DNA of 64,000 nucleotides, taken from NCBI GenBank assembly GCA_964106915.2, contig OZ066926.1; one strand, given 5' to 3'. This DNA is from Podarcis gaigeae (taxonomy: Eukaryota). Positions within the stretch are counted from its first letter, which is position 1; every line of letters starts with the position of its first letter. The notes below the pieces were generated by a model, which saw only the letters and a list, made by a program, of their open reading frames with translations, was not told where the DNA came from and did no database searches. This document shows, piece by piece, positions 51,501 to 61,689 of the stretch. The position numbers and the translations under genes were made by a program.

Positions 51501-52206
51501 GCGCTAAAGTAAAGCTACTTCCCAACATTCCAAGCAGATGGTTGTTTTTCCTTCCCTCCTTCGCGGCTGCAGCTCAGCGCTGGGCTGGCGCAACCAGGGG
51601 TGGAAGGATCTGGTGTCAGACTGAACGGCTGCGAAGGTCAGGATCCAGCAAAGACTTACCTTCCCTGACGGAGAAGAGGAGACTGTCCGCCTCGTACTTG
51701 CAGTCAATGGCCCTCAGCGCATCGGCCGCTACCTCTACTGCGTAACTTACGCCGTAGTAGCTGAGCAGCAGGTCTCGGAGGCGAGAGGCGCCTGCCTTGT
51801 GCATAGCCTCTTCGGGGATGCGGACGAAGCCCTCCTCGAGCGGGATCTCGGGCAGTTTGCGGCGGAACCTCCGCCTCTCGTCCCGACTCAACGTCCACAG
51901 CGAGAGTTGCAAGGCGCGAACGACAGGGAGCAGAGCGAGATAGAGATTCTCCCGCTCAGAGAGAGACTGCGGGGCGACCGACTGCTGCAATCGCCACGTG
52001 TTGGGGTCCCTGTCGTCGTCGTCGTCGTCGCTGCTGCTGCTACTCTGGAGCAAACCCTTGAGCCATAGGGACGTCTGCAACTTGAGGAGGGGATCCACCT
52101 CCCTCTCCCCCTTCTTCTCGGTGGACCGGCCGGCCTCTTTCGCCTTCAGCTTCTCGCCTCCTTCCTCCAGGGGCTCCTTCGCCCAGGGGTATTCGGGGGT
52201 CGCCAT
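35059..52206 (-). CDS. Gene C: acidic N-terminus-PYD-CARD-FIIND-PYD protein
   Basis: Exons 52206-51660, [unresolved phase 1->2 exon(s)], 47686-47391, 47291-47146, 43624-43560, 42978-42755, 40949-40690, 39838-39713, 39540-39399, 39284-39234, 36941-36872, 35344-35059. The chain from 47686 onward is phase-consistent; the link to exon 1 is inferred. Confidence 0.72.
36040..36305 (-). mobile_element. L2 LINE 3' fragment
   Basis: LRSSAEGLLAVPSL motif; adjacent (AAT)n tail. Confidence 0.7.
37350..37690 (-). mobile_element. L2 LINE 3' fragment
   Basis: LTFKALNGLGPVYL...RAFSIVGPALWNALP. Confidence 0.8.
37880..38722 (+). mobile_element. Rex1/Babar-like LINE 3' fragment
   Basis: KRAQQRLYFLRIL...FYHCAVESVL...RNSFYPNAI; tail gacaataaagattatcgtatcgtat. 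Confidence 0.75.
39399..39838 (-). CDS. Gene C UPA exons (39838-39713, 39540-39399)
   Basis: QRIDKPPWTLRPLTIG and EVEFQYLDADKMQQYVEL...ELIWEAHV. Confidence 0.9.
40690..40949 (-). CDS. Gene C FIIND autoproteolysis exon
   Basis: [29 protein letters not shown]|SPRG...[14 protein letters not shown]. Confidence 0.92.
41767..42486. mobile_element. Non-autonomous Tc1/mariner-type element
   Basis: TIR CCGTATTTTTCGCT...AGCGAAAAATACGG after a TA dinucleotide. Confidence 0.8.
42755..42978 (-). CDS. Gene C FIIND ZU5 exon
   Basis: EAGSFLCFYTDVIFEVKEAVTITYHLDSW...VAGPLINIEADPAEAVAAVHFPHFLCL. Confidence 0.92.
43935..45930 (-). mobile_element. Degraded L1-clade LINE with a nested Sauria SINE (~44745-45075)
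   Basis: LSLCGRISVVKMNVL, KTPWWISP and ARTLIAKNWK fragments. Confidence 0.82.
47391..47686 (-). CDS. Gene C CARD-like exon
   Basis: KGRKELLEIIEKDLEFFLHELYYGFIITQKEY...KLLNMIQERGEATCCWFLEQV; homologous to 9697-9408. Confidence 0.78.
50040..50900 (+). mobile_element. Old degraded non-LTR RT fragment
   Basis: NGVEQGCLLAPLLFNI and HFNYLG-like remnants. Confidence 0.5.
51660..52206 (-). CDS. Gene C exon 1: low-complexity N-terminus plus divergent PYD
   Basis: ggcgccATGg Kozak context in a CpG island. LQLSLWTLSRDERRRFRRKLPEIPLEEGFVRIP...LRDLLLSYYGVSYAVEVAADALRAIDC; donor G|gtaagt. Confidence 0.82.
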
Positions 52207-52916
52207 GGCGCCCCTGCCCAGAGGAAAGTCGCGCCCCGCGGCAGAGCCGGAGAGGCGGCAGCGTCTGAAGGGGGAAGAAGGAAGCGGACGACGCCCTCGG
52301 GGAAGCGGCTCCTCCGCGGGCGCTTGGCGGGGGCGGAGACTCCCGAGGTTTCCTCCCGTCGAGCAGAGAATCAGCGCCGGACCTGGGAAGGCGAGAACGT
52401 GGGAAGGGTCTTCCCGGCGCTCCCAGAAGACTGGCTGGCTGGCAGGCAGGGGGGGAAACGGCAAAAGGAAAACACGCCGCTTCCTTGGCAGGGGGGGAAA
52501 CGGCAAAAGGAAAACACGCCGCTTCCTTCCAAGTTTGGCTCAACTTCTAATCGTCTATCAGCCAGGAGCATCTCCCTCCCTCCTCTCCCCTTGTTGCCAA
52601 AACGAGCACATCCGCCCTTGCTGAACTGCAGGACCCAGAAAGGCAAAAACGAAACCGCCAGGTGAGCCAAGAAAGAGGGTGAAGCGCGCCTCTTTCTCAG
52701 CGCGGAAGGGAAGCCCTTGGCCGCCGCCTCTTCCTCTGAAAACCCAAAGTGGCTGCCCACCTTCTGGCTGCGGGATCCCGAAGACCGTCGGCCGGTGCAG
52801 GACTGGAGCAACCAGGGGGGCCTAGATGAAGTAAAACAAGAGAAATGCTTAACTGAACAATCACGTCGGTTCTGCCCCCCTAACAAAGGTCCACCCCCCA
52901 AAAAAATATAATAATC

Positions 52917-53140
52917 CTGGCAACGCCCACGCGCCGGTGCCTGAAGGACCCCCTCGAGAACTTGGAGAAAGACGAGCTGCGGAAGTTCAGGGGGAAACTG
53001 AAGGCAATTCCCATCGATGGATGGCGCTGAAGGAGCGGGTGCCACAAACGCACATGGGCCTGCTCCGGCTTCGCTACTACACGGAGGAAGACGCCCCACA
53101 CCTGACATCCCAGATCTTCAATGGGATTAACTGCAGCATA
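52917..53140 (+). pseudogene. Degenerate PYD, divergent to gene C
   Basis: RRCLKDPLENLEKDELRKFRGKLKAIPIDGWR* followed in another frame by LLRLRYYTEEDAPHLTSQIFNGINC. Confidence 0.65.
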
Positions 53141-53268
53141 GGAGCCAGGGCCCTTTGCACCCCCTAAAATATTTGAGAGGGCCAGATCCACCTCTGAGGT
53201 TGATGGTCATTGCCATTCAAAGGATGTGATCTTGTGATCGATTATGTGGGGCAAGGCTTACCTAAACC

Positions 53269-53412
53269 CAGTGGTGTAGCGTGGCTTGTCAGCACCCGGG
53301 GCAAGGCAAGTAATTTGCGCCCCCTAACCCGTGGATTTGCGCCCCCTAACCCTAACCCCAGATGTTGCGCCCGGTGCGGCCCGCCCCCCCTGCACCCCCC
53401 ACTACACCACTG
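53269..53412. mobile_element. hAT-like MITE
   Basis: TIR CAGTGGTGTAG/CTACACCACTG; TSD CCTAAACC/CCTAAGCC. Confidence 0.75.
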
Positions 53413-54108
53413 CCTAAGCCCCCCCCCACATATTTAATTCAAGTTGGCTCCCCTGAACTGCAGCGACCAGGCACAGGCTCCGGGAAGTGGATTGGACTAG
53501 GGATAGGAAGGAGAACTCCCCCAAGTTCTCTGGTCGGTCGGTCCTGATCAAATTATCTGGATCTGTAGGGAGCTGGTTAGAGGAGGGCTTTCTTCGATAT
53601 CTAGTGCAGGTGCCCAGAAATCTTGGGTGGACTTCTGTGCATCCCAGACTATTCCTCTCATTTCTTTCAAATAACCAAATTCCCATGATGAAGTGTACCA
53701 AAAATTGAGAGAGACTTCTTGGACCAGTTTCCTTTGGATGAAAGAATATTGGAAGCTTATGCAGGCCTAATGAAAAGGACAGAATGTTATTGGTAAAATA
53801 TCTTTATTACAAAGTACTTTTATTTACAATGTACAAACTGGAAAGGAGAAATGTTAGGAAGCCCTAAGGCAAAGCAACTTGGAGTCACCACCACCCAGGA
53901 AGTTTGGAGAAGGACAGGCTGGCTCTCTCTGGCTTCATCTCCTGGGATTCTGTTCATCTCCTGGGATTGAAACCTGCTCCTCCTCCCAAGATGTACATCT
54001 CCCAGCAAGAAAAAAAGTCCTGTCAGGAAAGGAACATGCACTGAACTGCAGCCTCAGGAGGGACTTTGCTCACCAGAGGCACTGTGCTTAGTGAATGAGA
54101 CAGCTCTG

Positions 54109-54540
54109 CTGTGGTATGTCAAACACAAGAGCAGTTAAGTACAACATTCCTAGAGTGAACGTTTACACAAGGGGAGGAATGTTTGTCCAGCCAGCAGGTA
54201 AACTTCCTCTGCATGTGACTAGAGGTGGGTGTGGCCTCACCCGTGCAGGTAACAACAATAGCACAGGGCAGGGCAGCCATCTCTCTCTCTCTGACTACTT
54301 TAGTTGAAGAAGCAACATCTGCTTAGCCAAAGATGCTCTCTTGGCCTCCAGCCAAGAGAGGACAAAGGGACTGTCTCCTTATGAGTTAGCTTTGAAAAAT
54401 AACATACACCTGAAAACTAAGTTTGCCTTCTGGGATCCAATTGTGAACAGAATGTGAGTAAACTCTTTTTATACTTTTATAGAAGACTGTGTCGTGTCTT
54501 TTCTTTTATAAGGGAATAAAGGGGGAAATACCAGAACTGC
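54109..54540 (+). mobile_element. Same LTR family, truncated copy
   Basis: Direct similarity to 3041-3500. Confidence 0.7.
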
Positions 54541-54955
54541 TTTGTGTGGCTCATTGGTATTTCCCTGGAGGTCTGGAAATTGAAGCTCTATTGGGAAAGG
54601 CTAGGGATTTTGTGGGAGAATTCTTAAGAGCTCAATGGGCTAAAATTCACAGTGGGTAGCATGATGAAGAGGTGGATCTAGTGTGCGGCAGCTGTGAAAA
54701 GGTCCAATTCCATGCTGGGGATCATTAGGAAAGGAGCTGAACTTAAAACTGAATATCATACCATTTTGCAAATCCATGGCCAACCACATTTGGAATACTG
54801 TGTACAGTTCTGGTTCCACACCACAAAAAGGACATTGTAGAGTTGGGAAATGTTCAGAAAAGGGCAAGCAAAATGATTGAGGGGATGCAGCAACTCCCAT
54901 ATGAGATAGGCTGCCGGGTTTGAGACTGTTTAGAGAAAAGGTAAGAGAGGACATG

Positions 54956-55320
54956 GGGGACGCAGGTGGCGCTGTGGGTTAAAGCCTCAGCGCCTAGGAC
55001 TTGCCGATCGAAAGGTCGGCGGTTCGAATCCCTGTGGCGGGGTGCGCTCCCGCTGCTCGGTCCCAGCACCTGCCAACCTAGCAGTTCGAAAGCACCTCCG
55101 GGTGCAAGTAGATAAATAGGGACCGCTTACCAGCGGGAAGGTAAACGGCGTTTCCGTGTGCGGCTCTGGCTCGCCAGAGCAGCGATGTCACGCTGGCCAC
55201 ATGACTCGGAAGTGTCTCCAGACAGCGCTGGACCCTGGCCTCTTAAGTGAGATGGGCGCACAACCCCAGAGTCTGTCAAGACTGGCCCGCACGGGCAGGG
55301 GTACCTTTACCTTTACCTTT
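54956..55320 (+). mobile_element. Young Sauria SINE nested in a CR1 fragment (~54635-55750)
   Basis: 13-bp TSD AAGAGAGGACATG; (ACCTTT)n tail. Confidence 0.92.
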
Positions 55321-57624
55321 AAGAGAGGACATGATAGAAGTTTATAACATTATTCAGGGTGTGAGCAAAGTGGACAGAGAAATGTTTTTATCCCTTTCTT
55401 GGAAAGCTAGAACCAGTGAGCATCCAATGAGTCTGGATGTTGGAAGACGCAGGTCAGATAGAAGTCCTTCACACAGCGCAGAGTTAGGCCATGGAACTCA
55501 CTTCCACAGGAGACAGTGCTGGTCACTAACTTGGGTGGTTTCAAAAAAGTTACTGGACAACTTCACGGAAGACACGGCTCCTTGCCATGATGGCTGTGCT
55601 CTCCCTCCTCAGTCAGAGGCAGAAATGTTTCTGAATAGCAGTTGCTGGAAGCCACAGAAAGGGAGCGAGTTTTGCACTTGCAGGTTTCCCACAGCCATCT
55701 GGTTGGCAGAGGTGAGAACAGGATGCTGGCCTGATCCAGCAGGTTCTTCTTAAGTTCTAAGGCACAGGTTTCAGAATGAACTACTTCCTGGAGGAAGGAA
55801 AAAAGGGATCACTGAGTACATTTGTGAAGCTATTAAATACTGTCAGGAAATGAAGGGAAAAGAAGCCCCCAAATTTCTAAAGTGTGGGAAACCTTTGGCC
55901 CTCCAAATGTTGCTGAACTACAACTCCCATCATCCTGGGCTCCATTGGCCAAGCTGGCTGGGGCTGATGGGAGTTGGTTCAACAACTTCTGGAGCTTCAA
56001 CGGTTACCTGCTCTTGCTCTAGAGAATGATCTTCAACTTTGGGCCCCCAGATGTTGTTGGTCTACAAGTTCCATCACCCCCAGCTAGCTTAACCTGATCT
56101 CAAAAAGGGTGGGAGTTGAAGTTCAGCAACATCAGGGGACCCAAAGTTGAAAAACAGCTCTAGAATGTTCCAAGTGGTGGCCTATGCAGGTAATCCTAAA
56201 GTATGACGGTGGGTGCAGGCAAGGGGTTCAGGAAGTTACAAAGGGCAGGTTGCAGGTTTTACCTAAAGTGAGAAACACATCCCTAAATTTGTGAGAAGCT
56301 TCACTGATGTACCTATTCCCAGGCAGAGCAAGCTGTCCCCTCATCATGTTGTAGCAAAACTCCCCAAACTGGGGAACATGAGACCATGTGAATCAGGGGT
56401 AGTCAATATGGTGCCCTCCAGAAGATGCTGGAGTACAACTCCCATCTTGCGTGACCATGTGAAGTGCTCTTCTGTAAGCCTCAAATCTGAGGGACACAAG
56501 ACAAAGGGCTGATCAACACCATTTAAGTGCATAAATTCCTCCAAAGAATCCTGGGAACAGTATTTTATTTAGAGCATGGTGTATTTCAGCCCTGTGAAGG
56601 GCTAAACTACAGTTCCCAGGATGCTTTGGGGGAAGCCACATGCTCTAAATGTGCATTAAAAATGTGGTGTGGATGCACAACTAGATCCATGTCTTCATAT
56701 CCCCAACAACATTGCCGCAGAGAAAACAGCTTTTGTATGTACAGCAGTGGTAGCCAACACAGTGCCCTAAATCAGTGTTTCCCAACCTTTTTTGGGCAAA
56801 GGCACACTTGTTTCATGAAAAAAATCTCGAGGCACACCACCATTAGAAAATGTTTAAAAAATTAACTCTGTGCCTATATTGACTATATATAAAGTAACTC
56901 TCTTTAATAGGAATCAAATAAACACAAATAAAGTATTTTATAATTACTTTATTATGAAATAGTAAGTAAACAGAAATATGAAAAATTATAAAATACTTTA
57001 TTCAGTGAACCTGTGAGGGCCCGCCCTTTGCGGCAGCCGATTGGCTGCCGCCGTGGGCAGTGAATATTAATGATGTATCATTTTTGTGCTTCATGCTGTG
57101 GCCACAGACATGTGATCTGATGGTGAATTTGGGGTGACCCAATGCAAAAATCCTGAGAATCCCTGTGGATCCATGTTTTGTAACCACGTTTTTGCACCAC
57201 TGCAGCCCCAGGCAACAGTGGGTGCGTGATTTTTGGAGGGCAGGCTGTAGCCATGGACATGCTATGTGATCTGTTGGTGAATTTGGGGTGACCCAATGCA
57301 AAGATCCTGAGGATCCATGTGGATCCATGCTTTTAAACCACATTTTAAGTGGGGAGGGAAGGAAAAACACAGAACGGACAAGGAGCACGAGAGGGGTGTG
57401 CAGAGAAGCAGCTGGCTAAGAATGCAGGAGAGGGGTATAACGGGGAGGGAGGAAAGGAAGGCAAAAGTTTTCCCTCACCTACTCACCCAAGCCAGCCAGC
57501 TCGCACGCTCTCTCTCTCTCTCCCCCTCCTGCCTGCTTGCCTGGAGGGGAGGGGCTTTCCCTGCTCTTTGTTCCGTTTGAGCAAGCACAGCAAGGAAACA
57601 GAGGCGGGTGGGCAGTAAGACCCT

Positions 57625-57927
57625 GAGGCAAGTGCGGCTTGTGCTTGCTCAGCAGCTTCTTCACGGTGCTCCGCGGAACGGTGTTCTTCATCCCGCCGGC
57701 GGCGGCTCCCTCTCTTTCCTCTCAAGCAGAGCGGCCTTCCTGCTCCAGCCGCGCCTGCGCCTGAGGAGTTTCGAATCTGCCGCCGCGCGCAGGGTGACGT
57801 CACGGCCGCCGCCGGGCCAATCCGCCTGCTCGGCCCCGCCTCCCTTCTTCTCGCCTCCCTCACGAGAGGAAGCGCCTCCCTCGCGCACGGCGGATGCAGC
57901 CTGAGCAGAGTCCCCTCTCGCTTAGAG
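57625..57927 (-). pseudogene. CENPW: Captured CENPW promoter and 5' exon fragment inside a hAT element
   Basis: MKNTVPRSTVKKLLSKHKPHL from ATG 57691 resembles the sauropsid CENP-W N-terminus (recalled chicken MRRTVPRGTLRKIIKKHKPHL). Homology stops abruptly; upstream sequence is CpG-rich. Confidence 0.7.
57770..57840 (-). promoter_or_regulatory. Cell-cycle-type promoter motifs: GC box, CCAAT, CRE, CHR-like
   Basis: CCCCGCC 57834-57840, CCAAT 57817-57821, TGACGTCA 57795-57802, TTCGAA 57770-57775, all upstream of ATG 57691. Confidence 0.55.
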
Positions 57928-58622
57928 CAGTGTTTCCCAAGCGGCACACGAGGCAACGTCTCGCGGCACACTAGTGTGCCGCGGAACACCGGTTGGGAAA
58001 CACTGCCCTAAATAAACTGCAGGACTACAACTCCCATCATGCCTGATCTTTAGCAGTGCTGGCTGGGACTGATGGGAGCAGCAGTCCAACACCTCTAGGG
58101 GATCCATATTCTAGCAAGGCAGCACCTACACTCTGGAACGGCTTGCCCATTGACAGCTGTCTTCTTTGTACTATGCTCAGTGCCTGCTAATAAAAAATTT
58201 GTTTCGGCAAGCCTAAACAGATACGTAAAGCTGACACGTCTTTTAAGAGGTGATTTTATTTTAAAAATTATATTTTAGCTGCTGATATTATTAACATTTT
58301 GAATTTTTTTAAGCTCAACTCATTTTAAACCTCTGACTTTTATTTAAAAATAATATTTTTTGTTTTATACAAATAGCTTAGTGATTTGTTTCTTATAACT
58401 GAGCATTACACACATTCTGTTAAATAAAAAAGATAAGCCAACTACTGAAGGGCACCAGGTTGGTTATCCCTGATGTAAGGTTTCTATCCTCTCATCCCCA
58501 CTGCCCCCATGAAGAGATTATCAATCCACCACTCTGCATTTGCCGGGGGGGGGGGCTGGGGCAGGTGGCACTCCATTTGCCTTCCACCCTAGCAAGTTCT
58601 GTGAGCTGGAATTCCTTCTTTC

Positions 58623-61258
58623 TTACTCAGTCTCCGAGAGGGAGATGAGCCTCTCTGCCTCAGGCCTGCAGTTGATGGCTCTGAGCACCTCAGCCGCCAC
58701 CTGCACAGCATCTTCCATGTAGTAACCAAGCAGCAGCATGCTCAGGTCCATGACATCCGCCTTCATTAGCTTCCCTCGAGGGATGTTGCCATAGCCACCC
58801 CAATCGCTGAGATTGAGCTTGAACCTCTTGAGTTCATCCTCATCCAGATTCTCCAGGACGGACAGCAGACGTTCTCTGATGGTCCTCACCTTCACTCTGC
58901 ACTGGCGCCTCCAACAGCAGGGAAAAGCAGACACAAAACAAGAGAAGCTCAGCAAAGGGATATGAGAAGGAACTACATCAGGAGGTGCTGTCACCTTCCA
59001 TGACTGTGACTGGCACTGAGGGAGGGGAAAGAGGGGTGGCCTGAAGTTGCTTTGAAGCTTAGAGAGCCATCTTTGATCAGTGATTCAAGGTCCAAGCAAC
59101 ACAATGCTGGGATTGGAGCTAAACCACCTCCTGCTCTGAGGGGAGCCTTGCATGCAACCGATATTTAGAGAGATACCCAATTTAGCTTCTGTTGACCTTA
59201 CACATTTGCATGTTGCTGCTCCTCCAGCAACAGCAGTGCAGCCAATGCCTAAACAGCACCCCCCAACATCTGCTGTCTGCCTGTGGCAGCTGCTGCATTG
59301 TCCCTAATAGCAGGACTGGCTTTGTGTGAGGAAAGGGAATGTCAAGCCCTACCTGCTTTCCATACCATGCCCTGAGTCAGTGCCACTTGATGCAGCATGA
59401 GACCGAGTGCAGGAAGAAGCACCTGGAAAAGAGAAATTTAGTGGATAGGTAGGCAACAAGGAGGGATTATGGGAAAATGATAATTATGGGACATGAACCT
59501 GTGCCACACTTTCGGGTCTCAAATTATAGCAGCGCATTGTGCAACATCAAAATTTTCTAGCCCCACTTCTCACCTTCCATTCTACATTATAGCAGTGTGG
59601 GGTGCCAGGGGGCATAAGCCCCACTTGCACAATTTTTACAGGGACCAAACCAGAGACACAGTGATCCCTGTTCCACCCTGCCTGCCGTGGGGGTCTCCCA
59701 TGATCCTTCCTTTCTTCTGTGGGAAGAGAGTGGCCATTATGCCAGCTTTTAAATCCATGAAAACTTTACCCACAAGGCCTCTACCCTGGGAAGAAAGCCA
59801 CTTTTTAGGACTCTGTGCAATAACCCTTACTGTGTACTTATATTGCCACTTCATAACAAACGTTCTCTAGCTGGCTCACAAGGGGGGGGGGGGGGGAAGC
59901 AACAAGAACACACATTAACATGCAGTTAGAAAACCAGTTAAACCCATTAAAAACAATATTTTAACAACTGACGCTAAGTTGAAAACTGAGAAGCCTAGGC
60001 TGTAACACATACCAGGAGAAATCACGCCCCCATTCAGGGATCTCTGTCTGACCCTGCCTGCTGCCGGAGGTTTCTGTGCTTCCATTGGGAGGAAGGTGAG
60101 ATTTAAGTATGAGGAAATAATTAAAACCTGCTGACCTTGTGCTGCATGTAGAAGAGGAGAAGTCATCTCAGGGGACTTTAACTCTTCTGAAACAGAATAG
60201 GAAAGAGGCAGTCAAAAGAAGGAATGTGACTGGCATGTCCTTTATCACCCTGCCTCCCAAATTATGGTCCAACCTACTGATCTTCCTCCATTCAAACTCA
60301 CCTTGTGTCACTTGGGCCACCCAGATGAGTTTATTCTTGCGCTTGTCCATCACACAGAAGTTGAATGTGTCTTGCATTTGCTCAGCAGACAGTTCCACGT
60401 ACTGCTGCAGCTTGTCAGAATCCAGGTATTGAAACTTCACTTCCTGTGGGGAAACATTAAACCAGGGGTTGGGGGGGAAAATTAGCCATGGACTGGTCCA
60501 CTGTCCCTCAGAACTTGTGGCAGGCTGGAAAAGTGACACCGGGGGGGGGGGGGAGCTGGAAGAAGATGCGAGGGGGGCAAGTGGTCCTCCTCCCCACCCC
60601 CAGCTTACCTTCCCTGGGGCTACTACCACTGCTGCTTCTCGTGGGTAGGCAGAGTGAGCTTGTCCACTCCACTCTCTGGCTCACAGGAGCACCAGTGCAG
60701 CGGCAGCGGAGGGAAGATAAGCAGTGCAAAAGGGCTGGCTCTGGAGAGGGGCTGCTTAAAATGTCAGTCAGCCAGTTCAGTCTAGCCCCCTTCCTTCTCT
60801 AGGCAGGGTGGGGAGAAGCCAGGAGGAAGGAGGGAGGAGGGGGTGCCGCGGTATGTGTGATAGAGAAGGGCGGGGATGGAATGGCGCTGTGGGGGGATGG
60901 CACAGTCCAAACGAACAGAATCCCCACGCTGATCCACGGACAGTCCATGGGCTGGATCTTGAAGGCAATTGGGCCTGATCCATCCCGTGGAACTTAGTTT
61001 GCCGACCCCTGCATTAAACCTTATGTGGGATTCAAATTAAGGGGTGATGAGGGATCTGGTGGAGTCCCCTCCATTCTCATACTTCACAGCCTTGGCTGTG
61101 CCCTAGCAAAGCTTTTCATCATCTTTGTGCCTCACCTTGGGGCAAACTTTGGCACCATTTGTCTCCACAACGAAGCGACAGCCAATTCTCAGAGGGCTCT
61201 GAGTGCAGGGGGGCTTCTCTATTTTCTGTGAATGACTACGTTCATGATCATCAACCGC
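58623..61258 (-). CDS. Gene D 3' part: UPA exons, linkers and C-terminal PYD (5' exons outside the window)
   Basis: Exons 61258-61136, 60443-60302, 60186-60136, 59422-59353, 58896-58623. Same sizes (123/142/51/70 nt) and phases as gene A, open frame. PYD reads IRERLLSVLENLDEDELKRFKLNL. Confidence 0.85.
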
Positions 61259-61689
61259 CTGGGAAAGGCAAAGAAGGTCACTTCTGAGATATGCAAGAAA
61301 GGTAACCAACTTCTAGAAGACTGGATCCCTACCCCTTGCTTGGCTCTGTTGCAGCTTGTAAGGTAGGCATGGAGAACCTGCAACCTTCCAGGTGTCATTG
61401 GATTCCTATCAGCCACAGACAGTATAGGTCAGGAATGATGGGCTTTGTAGTCCCACAGAATTTCAAGGGACACAGGATCTCTATCAGTAATATAATGAAA
61501 ACTAAACCACTTTGGTAGTAGAGACCAAAATATGGACAGGCAATTTTCTGACCACCTGGGGAACTCTATTCTGGACCCCTGAATTGGCCAGCTTAACCTA
61601 TGAAACAGCAGAGGTACCAGCTATCTTGGGACACCCTGCTAACTCTCCTGAGGAGGCAACACAGGAAAGCATAGAAAGCATTACACTTT

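Larger units (their letters stand above)
56773..58005. mobile_element. Non-autonomous hAT-type DNA transposon (composite)
   Basis: Perfect 15-bp TIR CAGTGTTTCCCAACC/GGTTGGGAAACACTG; 8-bp TSD CCCTAAAT at 56765-56772 and 58006-58013. Confidence 0.9.

Noticed and set aside
53320-53360. Interstitial telomeric CCCTAA repeats
   Set aside because: Only two or three units, internal to a MITE.
54956-55040. tRNA gene
   Set aside because: This is the tRNA-derived head of a Sauria SINE.
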